This document shows, one piece after another, positions 25,460-43,116 of a stretch of 64,000 nt of DNA. Numbering within the stretch: position 1 is the first letter of the stretch; each line of letters opens with the position of its first letter. The position numbers and the translations under genes were made by a program. This DNA comes from the human T2T-CHM13v2.0 reference genome, Homo sapiens, in assembly GCF_009914755.1 (NCBI RefSeq), contig NC_060943.1, one strand, 5' to 3'. The notes under the pieces are model-generated. The model was not told where the DNA came from. It ran no database searches and saw only the letters and a list, made by a program, of their open reading frames with translations.

Positions 25460-26570
25460 ACTAAAATTTATTTGAGCAGGTTATGTCTGTTTAATCCTGT
25501 TTCATTATTCTTTTCCCTAAGAGGTTATGATATCCTCTAAATTAGTGTGGATTTGTTTTGTGGACAATAAATAAATATACAGATACAAAATCAGCTGGGC
25601 TCAGTGGCTCATGCCTGTAATCCTAGCACTTTGGGAGGCCAAGGTGGGGTAATCACTTGAGGTCAGGAGTTCGAGACCAACCTGGCCAACACAGTGAAAC
25701 GCTGTCTCTACTAAAAATACAAAAATTAGCCGGAAATTGCTTGAACCTGGGAGGCAGAGGTTGCAGTGAGCCAAGATTGTGCCACTGCACTCCAGCCTGG
25801 GCAACAGGGAGACAAACAAAACAAAACAAAACAAAACAAAACAAAACAAAAAAACCCAGCACAAGTTTATCTCTACCAGTGTTAGATAGATATTATGTCG
25901 GACACATCAAGCAATATTCAGCATCTAGATGACCTAGAGAATGAGTGGTGTCTTCAACGATGATAATATCCACAGTGGCTTTGAAGAAAAAACAAGTCAG
26001 AGCCTTAAAACTATGATGAGAGCAATAGCAATGACAGGGATTTAAGAACAATGCCCATATGCAAGGTAGTATTTTAAATCCTTTACGTGTACTAACACAT
26101 ACAACACTGTAGCCCATGAGAGAAAGATCTGCTCCCATTTTACTGTGGGGACAACTGTTTCACAGACACACTGAGAAACCTGTCTCAGGTCAAAGGACTA
26201 AAAATGACAGAGCAAGTACCTGTACCCAGGTGTCTAGGAATTAAAATTAAACCTAAGCAATCAGTTAAGCAACAGGCAAGCTACCTGAAAGAGCAGCTCG
26301 CAATGCCCTGAATAATCTTCCAAAGAGGGTAAGTAGGCGGTTTGGAATGCTAAAGCATTAAGGAAGGCTACATAGTCAAGAAGAGCCTTCAGAGTTTTCA
26401 TTTTAGAATCTCAGTGTCTGAGATCAGTACAAAGGAGTCAATGTATCTGTCCAAGGTTCTGAAAGGGTGGTCATTTTGGAAGAATTCATTTATGTAACGA
26501 CGTGTACCAATGTCTAATAGATTCCCAACATCCTTTTGTGCAACATCTATCAGCAGCTGCTCACGTTCTA

Positions 26571-27014
<444 letters not shown>

Positions 27015-27090
27015 TCAGGGGTAAGCAAATTTAAACTGAAAACAGAATAAAAAGTCCTAGAAAGATACAGTAAAAAGTAGTGTCTGTCTC

Positions 27091-27144
27091 TTTGCATAAA
27101 GTAGTATAATATAGTTTGCATAAAGTAGTATAATATAGTTTGCA
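27091..27144. repeat. 24-bp tandem duplication tttgcataaagtagtataatatag x2
   Basis: Direct reading. Confidence 0.9.
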
Positions 27145-27462
27145 CGCATTTGGAAGACAACCAGCTGGCAGGGGAATTATCTCAAAGAACTACACAGGAG
27201 CCAAATGAGATTATCAAGGACAACAAACCACTTCCTTTATTACAAGGTCACACTTATAGAAAAAAGCACATGTAAAAACCTAATTTCAGCACTGAATTCA
27301 GGACTTTCTCACTGGAAATTTGGGTAGAATCAAAAGAGAAAACAAAGATAAAAGTGGCTATGAGTTTTGGCTGAGCACAGTGGCTCATGCCTGTAATCCC
27401 AGCACTTTGGGAGGCCGAGGCGGGTGGATCACGAGGTCAGGAGATCGAGACCATCCTGGCTA

Positions 27463-27687
<225 letters not shown>

Positions 27688-27782
27688 TTATGAGTTTTGT
27701 ATAAATATGTAAATTTATTTCTTTTTTTTGTTTTTTTTTTTGAGATGGAGTTTTGCTTTGTCACCCAGGCTGGAGTGCAGTG

Positions 27783-28267
27783 GGTTCAGGGAGCTTCCAG
27801 AGGGCTGACATGTGGAGGTTCCTGGAGGACGGCATACCCAGGGAGGGCAGGGAAGCTCTGCGCCCCTTTCCCCATACCTCACCTTATGCATCTCTTCACT
27901 GGTATCTTCTGTAATAGTATTTATAATCAACCAGTAAAACTGAGTGTTTCTCTGACCTCTAAGAGTTGCTCCAGCAAATAAATCCAACCCAAAGAAGGGT
28001 TCATGGGAACTTCAACTTGAAGTTGGTCGGTCAGAAGTTTCAGAGGCCTGGACATGCAACTGGGAACTGAGCCATCAATCTGTGAGATCTGACACTATCT
28101 TCATGCAGACAGTGTTGGAACTGAACTGGAGGACAGCCAGTTGGTTGCTTGCTGTTTGTTGGTGGGGAGAAACCCCTCGCATTTGGCCACAGAAGTCTTC
28201 TGTGTGGATTGTGGTGTTGGTGTGAGAGCAGAGGAAAACATGGTTTTTGAGTTGTTTTTCCTAAACA
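27783..28267. mobile_element. MER21A-like LTR fragment joined to a truncated Alu
   Basis: ggttcagggagcttccag...gagatctgacactatct...aaacagca. Confidence 0.55.
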
Positions 28268-29446
28268 GCACCAAAAGTAAATTAACATGAGGTCACCTAA
28301 CTGAGAAAAACTGAAACAAGTTCAAGGCTAACAATATGGAATTTCACCAAAGGTCATTATATACACAAACGCATTTATGTCCATATATTACTATCCTATT
28401 AGTTCATTAATAGATAATAGAGAACAGGCTGGGTGTGGTGGCTCACACCTGTAATCTCAGCACTTTGGGAGGCCGAGTTAGATGGATCACCTGAGGTCAG
28501 GAGTTCGAGACCAGCCTGGCTAACATGGTAAAACCCCGTCTCTACTAAAAATACAAAAATTAGCCAGGTGTGATGGCAGACACCTGTAATCCCAGCTACT
28601 CGGGAGGCTGAGGCAGGAGAATTGCTTGAACCTAGGAAGCAGAGGTTGCAGTGAGCCGAGATTGCGCCCCTTCACTCCAGCCTGGGCAAAAGAGTGAAAC
28701 TCCATCTCAAAAAAAAAAAAGACAGTGGAGAACAAATTTAAGGCCACAGAAAATATTTAAAATATGATTTCAAATGATAAAACACATACAATTTATTTAA
28801 ATGATGGTATGTCTTTTATAAAACCATGGGTGTATGCATCTACATATTCATGTGTGCACATCACATATACCAGTTAAATTAAGTGAAATAAGGAGATGTG
28901 TCTCAATGATGTATTTTTTTTTATGACATCTTTAGTTGTCTTTTTTGCTCATGTGCTTTTCAGAAAGTCTGGGACAACTGAAATGCATGAATTGTACTTG
29001 ATTTAGTTTACAAACATTTTTGTAAATTAAGCTGTAAAAACGCTAAAACAAAAATATGTAAGAACTTGTACTCCAATTGGTATTAAATACAAATATTAAA
29101 AGTACAGATACCATTTTTTTCCAGTTAAATTTAGATATTTAGGCATTAACAAAAGCCCAATGGAGGTTTTAGTTTATTTTACTCATGAAATCCTAAGATT
29201 AGGACATTTTTTAATATCATACATGAATAGATTTCAGAAGTACATATTGCAACAATACTTACTCAAAGAAATTATTGGATAATTAAAAATCAGTCCAAAA
29301 AGGAAATTTGAAAAACACCCAAAAGCTAATATTAAACAAGAAAATTTCACCAAACATCATAATCAAGCAGTAAATGCTGGATGCATTTGATCTAAATTAA
29401 AATGGAGAAAATGGGCTGGGCATGATGGCTCATGCCTGTAATCCTA

Positions 29447-29866
<420 letters not shown>

Positions 29867-30482
29867 CTAATAACAATACTGTGAAAACAATCTTCATTCT
29901 TTCTTTAGCAGCTCTCATTAGACACAAACACACAATGCATCTCACGAGTACATTAGGAATTATACAATGCTACCTATTAAAATACGTTTCCAGACCTATT
30001 TAAAGAAATTATAAGACTGTACTAAAGTGATGATGTCAATAAAATAGAGGACTAGAACTCCCAAACACTACCTCCACCACGGAGACACAAATGTAGTAGC
30101 AATATATGAACCAATTGCTTTGTGAGAAACCCAGTGGTCATTTAAGAGGTTGGAACTCTTAACAGAAGTCTAGTAGGAAAATACAGGACATCTGCTCCCA
30201 GAGGCCTTACCCTGGCATGATGCAGTGTCACTGCAAGAAAAACACCAATTTCCCATTTCTCCTGGGAGAGGAAAAGTATGAAAACATTCATCCAATATTC
30301 TGTCTTTTCAGGGCGCTGCCTGAGGGATAAGTTTCTCTCTTGGTTGAATATAAGTAATGAAGGCCGGGCGCGGTAGTTCACGCCTGTAATCCCAGCACTT
30401 TGGGAGGCCGAGGCGGGTGGATCGCTTGAGCTCACGAATTGGAGACCGGCCTGGGCAACACGGTGAAACACCATCTCTATTA

Positions 30483-30692
<210 letters not shown>

Positions 30693-31158
30693 TCACTTGT
30701 TCGGCATCAAATGCAAATATAAATGAGGTGACAAAGCTTTCCCCACAGTCGTCTCATTTTACAGCATTTCGTGGGTGCTTGTACACACTAACATCTGACT
30801 TCATAACCAGCTTCTCTTATCACAGTTTACACAGAGCTGTCAATATATTCAAATATGTCCTGAACAATCCCTGTTGCCCAACAGCACTGACACCACGGGA
30901 CCCTCACCCCGTCTCCATCCATGTCGGGGTGTGAGCCCTTCCCAGGTCCATGCCCCGTGCAGCCTCTTCCCAAGTTCATGTCACTGGGTCACCAGAGATG
31001 GAATCTAAGTGAGATGAGAGGGACTGAGGGAAGGCACGAGTGAGTGCGAGCAAACCTGTCAGGCAGGATGCTTCAGACTCAGAGAAGATTCCCAACTCCA
31101 AGGTCCAAGGTTTCTGAAAGGAAGGAGACAGAACAATCCACCGAGAATATCATCTCAC

Positions 31159-31173
31159 CTGAGGAAGAGCCAT
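31159..31173 (-). CDS. ZNF665: ZNF665 first coding exon (MALPQ); exon starts at 31218 or 31253
   Basis: gggATG GCT CTT CCT CAG|GTGAGA. Two candidate acceptors: ccaAG|G at 31219/31218 and cattcAG|G at 31254/31253. Confidence 0.9.
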
Positions 31174-32275
31174 CCCTGACTCCTTTGCCTTCCTCTTCCT
31201 CTTCTTCCAGGGTTCTACCTTGGGTAACATGAAAGAGACTTTAGAATTCAATCCTGAATGTCAAAAATACGCTGTTTGTTGGTTAGAATCAACACACCCC
31301 CTCCCTGGGCCATAACCTTATACACAGGGAAGACCTTATACACAGGGAAGATGGTCCTCTGCTGCCCACTGCACCAGAAAAGATGCAGGGATGAGAAACT
31401 CCTACAGGAAAAACAAGTGAGTTTCTGACCTCTTTCTTTAGAACCCACTCCCCTCCTGGAGAAGCCCCCACACAGGCTGCAGCAGTGGGGAGCTGGGCTG
31501 GAATGAGCTTCTGTTCGGGGCACAGACCCAGCCCTGACCAAACCCCATGCTGAGCACAGTCCCTCTCCCCTCTGTGAGTCATAGGCTGATCTCAGCCTTC
31601 AGAAATGATCAGCAGTGCCCTGGTGCTCAATAGTAGATACAGAATAACAGAACAGAACCAATCTTAAATGTCACTGAAGCTGGGCTGCAACTTATCTGAA
31701 TGAAAATCTCTGCTAAGGGGGCGTAAGAGATGTATTTGCAAAATGCCTCAGCATTCTTGAGCTCCACTGAGAGGGGCCGAGCCCAGCACAGCCCCCCCAC
31801 CTTCTGGCTGTACTTTCCCTGGGGGCCTTGTCATCAGGATCCAGACAGTGGAAGGTGAAGCAGCACAGAGAAACACGCAGAACAGCCAATACAGACAAGA
31901 GGTGAGGGTGGGGGTGGGGATGGAATGCTGAAGCGGGGGTCAGGGAGAGGGTCACGGAAGTCTCCACTGAGGAAGTGATATCAGAACAAAGACCTGGGTT
32001 AGGAAGGGTGTTTGCACCTGCACCTGAGGGGCCAGAGTCCTAGGCAGAGGGACCACCCATGTGAAGGCCCTGAGGCAGGAGCAACTTGGGGACCCCGGAA
32101 AAGGAAAGGGGCCTGAGTGGCTGGAGCAGAGGGAGCAAGGAGGCACAGGCAGGAGACGAGGTCAGAGAGGTCCTGGGGGAGCAGGTCAGGGAGGGCTGAG
32201 GTCTTCAAACAGTTTTTCTCCCACACCTCCAAAGAATGTTTAAGCTGGGCGCAGTGGCTCTTGCCTGTAATCTCA

Positions 32276-32590
<315 letters not shown>

Positions 32591-32899
32591 TTATTTTTAA
32601 CTCGCAAATAATGTCATATCTTCTCTATTTTAAATACATGCTGACATGTTCAGCTAAGCCCCAAGAAGTACAGGGTGGCCCCCATCCACCCTGGGTCTGC
32701 TGGGGAACACCTTTGGGGGAATTCAGGATGACCCTTTTGGACATACGAAGGTGGAGATGCCTGTTCCACCTCCCAGCAGAGTGTTGAGGAGACAACTGGA
32801 CAAAGGATTCCAGTGTTCAAGGGAGAAGTCTGCAGGGAATAGGGAGCCGTGTAGGTGGGTTTAAAGCTGTGAGATGAGATGATAAGGAAGGGCATGGGT

Positions 32900-33903
32900 T
32901 GTAGGGTCCGGCCCCACAGGATTGGTGGGTTTTCTCCTCGTGTGTGGAGACGAGAGAGCTTAGAAATAAAGACACAAGACAAAGAGATAAAAGAAAAGGC
33001 AGCTGGGCCCGGGGGACCACTACCACCAAGACGTGGAGACCGGTAGTGGCCCCGAATGCCAGGCCGCGCTGATATTTATTGGATACAAGGCAGAAGGGGC
33101 AGGGTAAAGAGTGTGAGTCACCTCCAATGATAGGTAAGGTCACGTGGGTCACGTGTCCACTGGACAGGGGGCCCTTCCCTGCCTGGCAGCCGAGGCAGAG
33201 AGAGAGAGGAGAAAGAGAGAAACAGCTTACACTATTATTTCTGCTTATCAGAGACTTTTTGTACTTTCCCTAATTTGCTACTGCTATCTAAAGGCAGAGC
33301 CAGGTGTACAGGATGGAACATGAAGGCGGACTAGGAGCGTGACCACCGAAGCACAGCATCACAGGGAGACGGTTAGGCCTCCGGATAACTGCGGGCGAGC
33401 CTGACTGATGTCAGGCCCTCCACAAGAGGTGGAGGAGTAGAGTCTTCTCTAAACTCCCCCGGGGAAAGGGAGACTCCCTTCCCCAGTCTGCTAAGTAGCG
33501 GGTGTTGTTCCTTGCCACTTACGCTACCGCTAGACCACGGTCCGCTTGGCAACGGACGTCTTCCCAGACGCTGGCGTCACCGCTAGACCAAGGAGCCCTC
33601 TGGTGGCCCTGTCCGGGCATGACAGAGGGTTCGCACTCTTGTCTTCTGGTCACTTCTCACTGTGTCCCCTCAGCTCCTATCTCTGTATGGCCTGGCTTTT
33701 CCTAGGCTATGATTACAGAGGGAGGATTATTATAATATTGGGATAAAGGGTAACTGCTACAAACAAATGATTAATGATATTCATATATAATCATAACTAA
33801 GATCTATATCTGGTATAACTATTCTTGTTTTATATTTTATTATACTGAAACAGCTCGTGTCCTTGGTCTCTTGCCTCAGCACCTGGGTGGCTTGCCACCC
33901 ACA
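32900..33903 (-). mobile_element. Solo LTR13 (HERV-K13/HML-4 LTR), copy 1
   Basis: Minus strand starts TGTGGGTGGCAAGCCACCCAGG and ends CA. 1004 bp. TSD atgggt/ttgggt. Confidence 0.85.
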
Positions 33904-34188
33904 TTGGGTGTGGACAGGAACCAAGAAGCTCAGGGAGTAAGCCGTGCATAGTCCACATTTAGGGAACAGAAAAATCAAGAGACACCAGAAGAGGAAAGCG
34001 TGACGTGATCAGCGAGGTATCAAAAACTTGAAAACAAACAGTTTAAAAAGGTTAATGGTATGTCCTTAAAGCCAGGAAAACAGAAGAGAAAGTGAGAAAA
34101 GAAAAAAAAGGAACACAAAGAAGTTTTTGTGTACTATTCTCTTAAATAGAGCATAGAAGAGGGGAACTTACTACAGAAGGAAAAGTAG

Positions 34189-34504
<316 letters not shown>

Positions 34505-34552
34505 TAAAGTTGAAAGAGTAGATGAGAAAGAAAGGCTTTATTTTCTGTGTGT

Positions 34553-34590
<38 letters not shown>

Positions 34591-34708
34591 AGACAAGACC
34601 ACTAATCTGGATATGCTCATCAAAATAATTCCCTTGAAGTAAAAGTTGACACAGTGGAGGAGGGAGCCACACCGTCCTGAGACTGTGGTGCAAAACTGAA
34701 GAGCCAGC

Positions 34709-35714
34709 TGTAGGGACCAGCCCCACAGGGTCAGTGGGTCTCTCCCCGTGTGCAGCGACGAGAGAGTGTAGAAATAACGACACAAGACAAAGAGATAAAA
34801 GAAAAGGCAGCTGCGCCCGGGGGACCACTACCACCAATGCACGGAGACCGGTAGTGGCCCCGAATGTCTGGCTGCGCTGTTATTTATTGGATACAAGGCA
34901 GAAGGGGCAGGGTAAAGAGTGTGAGTCACCTCCAATGATAGGTAAGGTCACGTGGGTCACGTGTCCACTGGACAGGGGGCCCTTCCCTGCCTGGCAGCCG
35001 AGGCAGAGAGGGAGAGGAGACAGAGAGAAAGACAGCTTATGCCATTATTTCTGCATATCAGGGACTATTAGTACTTTCCCTAATTTACTACTGCTATCTA
35101 GAAGGCAGAGCCAGGTGTACAGGATGGAACATGAAGGCGGACTAGGAGCGTGACCACCGAAGCACAGCATCACAGGGAGACGGTTAGGCCTCCGGATAAC
35201 TGCGGGCGAGCCTGACTGATGTCAGGCCCTCCACAAGAGGTGGAGGAGCAGAGTCTTCTCTAAACTCCCCCGGGGAAAGGGAGACTCCCTTTCCCGGTCT
35301 GCTAAGTAGCGGGTGTTTTCATTTGACACTTACGCTACCCCTAGACCACGGGCCGCCTGGCAACGGGCATCTTCCCAGACGCTGGCGTCACCACTAGACC
35401 AAGGAGCCCTCCGGTGGCCCTGTCCGGGCATAACAGAAGGCTCGCACTCTTGTCTTCTGGTCACACCTCACTATGTCCCCTCAGCTCCTATCTCTGTATG
35501 GCCTGGTTTTTCCTAGGCTATGATTATAGAGCGAGGATTATTATAATATTGGAATAAAAAGTAATTGCTACAAACTAATGATTAATGATATTCATATATA
35601 ATCATATCTAAGATCTATATCTGGTATAACTATTCTTGTTTTATATTTTATTATACTGGAACAGCTCGTGTTCTCTGTCTCTTGCCTTGGCGCCTGGGTG
35701 GCATGCCGCCCACA
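34709..35714 (-). mobile_element. Solo LTR13, copy 2
   Basis: Minus strand starts TGTGGGCGGCATGCCACCCAGGCGCC. 1006 bp. Perfect 6-bp TSD gccagc. Confidence 0.85.
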
Positions 35715-36147
35715 GCCAGCAACAGCCCGGAGCAGGGACAGACCATTCCCAGTACCTCCTGAGTTGAGATCGCAGGCCTTAAGACAGGTGGGTGGGCCCG
35801 TTGGAGAGCTCTTCCCTTTACTGTTTGAGACAGGAAAAAATTAAACTGTTCATACTATTGTCACACTCAACCCAGAATACTTCACTTGTAGTCACCAAAA
35901 TGTGTGCAGTTTTTCCCACAATGACCAGTTCTGCAGTGCACTCCCAGTGGTGGGTCCTACAATTTCACTCCACTCTGACACTGTCAGTTCTCCCAGGTGA
36001 AGATCTCAGTGTGCTACATGCTACTAGTAGCTGTTGGCTACACTCTCACCAGATAAATACCGTGATTCTCTTAACCCCTTCCTTGGATTCAATTAACTTG
36101 CTAAAACCATTCATCTGTATGCTTCGTAGTATCCTTTATAACAATTA

Positions 36148-36513
<366 letters not shown>

Positions 36514-37051
36514 TTAATAGCACCTCAGGAAGGGATGAGGAGAATCCCAAATTTATACTCAATGGATCCGAAGCTCCGAATCTGGGACTTGGGGCTGGTA
36601 TCTGAAGAGGGAACCCTCAACTAGTGGGATCTAATGCTAACTCTGGGTAGACAGTGTCCGAATTGAATTAAATTATTGGACAGTCAGGTAGTGTTTGTTC
36701 AAGAACTGCGTGTTGGTGAGGAGAAATCCCCACCCCACACGTTTTGGTGATGAGAGGCGATGCATTCTTTGTTGAGCGTTCATTACTTGATTATGAGAGT
36801 GGGAAAAACACTTTGGTTTTTCCTCCTCACTCATACACTTGCCTACACATTACCCCATCCTAGGAAAAGGAAAGAGGGTGACCCATAACTGAATGAGTCA
36901 AGTCACTGCTCTCTTAGAACAGAGATTGCAAATAGAAGCTAACCTCTGATGCCAGGAATTATAAAATGCACATGTCTTATAGACAAAACTTTTGTGATTC
37001 TCACCAGCATCTCCATAACAGAAACAAAATATATACATATAAAATTTGTTA

Positions 37052-37279
<228 letters not shown>

Positions 37280-38229
37280 TTACAGTGAGTCGAGATCGTG
37301 CCATTGCACGCCAGTCTGGGAAATAGAGTGAGATTCTGTCTTAAGAAAAAAAAAATTTGTTAGATTATGGATACAGAAATCAATATATCACGATGTAATT
37401 ATCCATATCCAATGAAACCACCATGCATCTGGGCCATAGTCCCCCTCTTTCTTCCTTCCTGTGTGTTTCCCTCCCTCATTCTGTACATCTCTCTCATTCT
37501 CTTCTTCTCTCTCCTTGTTTCTTTTCTGTGTTTCAGCCTGGGTCTCTGCTCCTCATTTTGAGCCCCTCTCTTCTCCTGCTGTTTCTCCTTCCCTCTATCC
37601 TTCTCTTCCACTTGTTCTGTTCCATTCTTGCAACTTGTTTCACCTCTTATTCCTCTTTCACCCGTCTTTTGGTTGTCCCCAATCTCCATCTATTTCTGCC
37701 TCTTTCTTCCCTTATCTCTGCTCTCCCTGTTAAATCCCCTCTTCCCTGTTTCACTTCCTTGTCCCCACTCTTTGGCACCCCCAGATCCCAGGTCTCCCCC
37801 TGCTGTGGTTCTCCCTCTGCTCTCCTTGTCACCGGCTGCCCCTTCTTGCTGTCCCAGCACCACGCTGCTCTGTCTATCCTGGCTCCAAATACCCCCTCCT
37901 CTCCCTAACTCTCCGTCTGAGGAGCTGCCCCTCTCCCTACCTTGCTGTCCTTCATCTCTCTAGACAGCGAGCTTTTCTCTACATTTCTCCAGTTGTTTCT
38001 CCATCCTGTTACTTTCTCAGCGACTTCTTTCACCCTTACTGTCTCTTTGTAAATCCTGACCCATCCTCTACTTTGCCATGTTTACTGGTTTCCCTCATTC
38101 TTTCCTCTGTCTCCGTTTTTCTACTTTTCTCTCAGCCCCCCTCTCTGTCTCCTGATCCCCTTGGCCCACACATTCACAGGGAGGGTTTGGAGTAAGACAC
38201 CTGGATCCTGGAGGAGCACATTTTCCAGC

Positions 38230-38961
38230 GGGTGGAGCTGGGCAGGCAAGAACACCGGGTATCACAGGACAAGCCCCGGGCACCTCCCCAACGCGGGCTC
38301 AGGGGAAACGGTGACTGCGAAGGGGAGGCCTAGGGAGCAGCAGGGCCCGGCACGAGGAGGAGGGAGGTGGGGGGCGACGGCGCCTTAGGAGAGGGGTGGG
38401 GTATGCAGGATCCCAGGACCAGGCAGAGGCGCGGCCTCCCCGGGACTGGGGCTGCGGCGCTAACGCTCCAGTAGCCGACTAGGGCGAGGTTAGGGGACGG
38501 TAAAATCCTGCACCCACTTCGCAGATGAGGACTTCACAGGGCGCAGGTCAGTAAAGGGTTTTAAGCAGGAAACGGCGCAGGAAAGGAGGTGTCTGCATGG
38601 TCTGAAGGCCGAAAGACCGCGGGCAGGACCAGCCTGTGTGATTTTAACCCAAAGCGATGCGACCCCCAGAGTCTCGCGGCAAAGTCTGAATTTACATGGA
38701 ATGGAGGGAGCCGTGCGGGGACTTTAAGGGCTATACGAACCCCCGGACATCGGGTACGGAGGAGCAGGGGACTCCGAAACGCAGGTTTAATCTAGATAGA
38801 GGGAAACTCACGCGGCGACTAACAGCCTTCACTCCAAGAGATCTGCTTCCGGGTTTGCAAGAAACTGCCCGCGCAGTAGGCAAAGGGGCGGGTTGCGGTG
38901 GGGAAAGGCCAGGCGTTGGGAGGGACTGAGAGCATAGGGTGGGCGGGGCCGGGGCGGGGCC
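38230..38961 (-). promoter_or_regulatory. ZNF665: ZNF665 CpG-island promoter and non-coding exon 1 (about 38812-38880)
   Basis: Donor CCGC|GTGAGT (38811-38806), ETS CCGGAAG (38846-38852), GC boxes about 38885-38960. Paralogous to the ZNF347 promoter and intron 1. Confidence 0.85.
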
Positions 38962-39068
38962 TGAACCCTGGAGGCGGAGGTTGCAATGAGCCGATATCGC
39001 GCCATTGCACTCCAGCCTGGGTGACAGAGTGAGACTTCGTCTCTCCCAAAAAAAAAAAAAAAACAAAA
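38962..39068 (+). mobile_element. Alu right-arm fragment abutting the ZNF665 GC boxes
   Basis: ctgaaccctggaggcggaggttgca...A-tail. No left arm and no evident TSD. Confidence 0.85.
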
Positions 39069-39084
39069 CTTAGGCTATCTAAAA

Positions 39085-39677
39085 GTTTAACCAATGGCCA
39101 GTAATATAAGCAATCATGCATATGTAATGAAGGCGCCATAACAACCCAAAAGGAGAGGATTCAGCGGAGCTTCTGGATAGGTGAACACTGGGAGGCTCCT
39201 GCAGCGTGGTGCACCCAGGGAGGGCACCAAGGCTCAACGCCCCTTCTCCCATGCCTCACCTCACTGATCCCTTCCATCTGGCTGTTCTTCTGTCAACTTT
39301 GTAATATCCTTTATAATACGTAAATCTATGTAAAGTGTTTCCCTGTATTTTGTGAGCCACTCTAGCAAATTCGTTGAACCTGAGGAGGGGGTCAAGGGAC
39401 TCCTGGATTTATATCTGATCTGTAAGCACAAGTCACAACCTCTGCTTGAGACTGGCATTGAAATGTGTGCACTATTGTGGGACTGAGCCCTCAACGTGTG
39501 GGATCTGATGCCATGTCCCGGCAAAATGGAACGGAATGAGAGAACACGCACCTGGTGTCTGTGGCAGGATTGCTTGCTTGGTGTGTGTGGGAAAACCCAG
39601 TACCTCTGGGCTAACTGTAGCATTCTGTGTTGTGAGAGAACAGTAGAAGAAACTGTATCAGTGTTTCCTATATTCTT
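39085..39677. mobile_element. MER21-like LTR fragment, paralog of 24540-25459
   Basis: Same internal sequence and same right-hand junction with unique flanking DNA as the 24-25 kb copy. Confidence 0.6.
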
Positions 39678-40246
39678 AAATACGAATATGTGAGGTTTGT
39701 TGTTGTTTTTTTTTTTTTTTTTTTTTTTTTAGACAAGAGTCTTGCTCTTGTCGCCCAGGCTGGAATGCAATGGCATGATCTCGGCTCACTGAGCCACCGC
39801 CCCAGCGTGAAGGCATTTTTGAGCAAGTTATGTCTCCCTAATTCTGTTTTATTGTACTTTTCCCTAAGTAGTTATAATAGCCTCTAAATCTGTGTGGAGT
39901 TTTCAGTTTTGTGGACAATACAATAAATAGACAAATAAAAACCCAAACACAAGCTGATCTCTATAGAAGTGTTAGATATTATTTTCAACACACTAAGTGA
40001 TACTCCGTATCTAGATAAGCTAAAGCACGAATGATGTCTTCTGAGGTGACAAGGTCCACAGTGGCTTTACAGAAACACTGGCCAGAAGTAAAAACTGTGA
40101 TGATAATGGCAATAGCAATGACTGACTTTTCTGAACACTATGTGCAAGGCATTATTCGGAATACTTTACCTGTATTAACTCAAATAACAACATAATAGCC
40201 CATGAGAAAAAGATCTTTTCCTATCTTACTAGGAAACAACTGTGTC

Positions 40247-40586
<340 letters not shown>

Positions 40587-40899
40587 CTGTCACAGATACG
40601 CTAAGAAACTGGCCTAAGGTCCAAGAGCTAGAAATGACAGAGCAAGCCCCGAACCCAGGCATCTAAGAATTACAGTTAGGCTGAGAGCAGTGGCTCACAC
40701 CTGTAATCCCAGCACTTTGAGAGCCTGAGGCAGGAGGGGTGCTTGAGCCCAGGAGTTCAAGACCAGCCTGGGCAATATAGTGAAACCCCATCTCAACAAA
40801 ATAAAGACAAAACAAAAACAAAAAACCCCTCAACAATTACAATTAAACCTAAAGAATCAGTTAAGTAACAGAAGTACCATCAAAAGTGACAGGATGCCA

Positions 40900-41500
40900 G
40901 GTCAGGGAAACCATTGAGAACAAAGGCAAGCAACATAAACGAGAGTCTGCAGTAACGCAGGCAGACACTAGGTGGAGAACCAGACCACAGCTTACCATGA
41001 AAACACAGGGACTGCAGAATTGCAGACTGTCAACAGGAGCTCTCCTGAAGAAAAACTGGCAAACCTTCTCAGGTAACTACAAGCAAAAGCCCAGAGACGA
41101 CACATTCCCAGAAAAGGCTTCAGAGGTTTCCAGAATCTCTAGTCAGGCTGAATAGAGAAGGTCCTCCCTGAAGGAAGCCAGAAATAAAAAAGTAGGACTG
41201 GTTGATTAGTGAAATGCTGAGGTGCCAAGATAACAAGACATTCAAGGAGAAAAGGAAACATGATCCACACAAAGGAACAAATGAAACCACCACAAACTGA
41301 CACTAAAGAAATGAAGATGTGTGAATTATCAGACAAAGAATTGAAAATAAGAGTCACAAGATGGTCAATGAATTAAGAGGAGAGCACACATAGACAACCA
41401 CAGGAAATCAGGAAAACAAGATATGAGCAAAATGAGACTATCAATAGAGAGACAGAAGCTATAAAGGAAAAACAGAGAAATTTTAGAGCTGAAAAATGTA
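40900..41500 (+). mobile_element. Old L1M 5'/ORF1 fragment
   Basis: gaattatcagacaaagaattgaaaata...gaaatcaggaaaaca...gaaattttagagctgaaaaatg resembles L1M ORF1. Confidence 0.5.
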
Positions 41501-42329
41501 ATCAGAAACGCAGAACACAGAGCCTTGGTGCTCAATGCTGCACACAGATTACAACGCCCTGGGCCACCGTAGTTATTATTGAGGGTAGATCCCAACCTGA
41601 CCATGGGAATAGGAATCTTGGGCAAAAGAAAGTTGAAATGGTTAAACTTATACGTTAATACGTTAAAATACGTTAAAAGGTATTTTTGCCAGCGAATGGG
41701 ACAGAAGTTGAAATGGTTCACGTTGAAATGGTTATTACTGCCAGCAGGTAGGACAGAAGAGCTGCTAGTGAGACTGAAGCAACTCTGGGTGGGGATCTGG
41801 CATCTCTGGGGGTGTCGGTTTGGGGTAGATTGAATCCAGGAAAGTTTCTGCAATTTGAATTAATTTAAGCAACTTAACTAAAAAGCCCTGAAAATGTCTG
41901 TGAAGGGTATGCAAACTAGAATGTGAAATGCAAAACTCTGCCTGGGCAGAATGTGTAAGTAATTTCAAGTCACCTCTCAACAGAACTTAATGCAATCCCC
42001 TCCACATTCTACACCCATTCACCATGGAGGGAGAGAGTCAGCCCTGTGCACAGTTGCAGAGATTTTCATATGGTAAATACCTGGGGTGTGGAGCGAGGAG
42101 GGCTAATACCGGTGACATTAACTCTTGCTTTAGAAAAAGCAGTAACTTTTTAAAAATAGTTGAGCAACTTAAGTTTGCAACTTAGGAAAACATCTTACTT
42201 TCCAACAGAGATGGCCCACATAACTCTAAGGGTTTACCTTAAAATTGAGACATTAACTTAAAATAAGCAGAAAGCAAAACTGCTCCGCAGGACACGAAAT
42301 AGACTTGTGTTCCCAAACCCAGAAAATAG

Positions 42330-43116
<787 letters not shown>

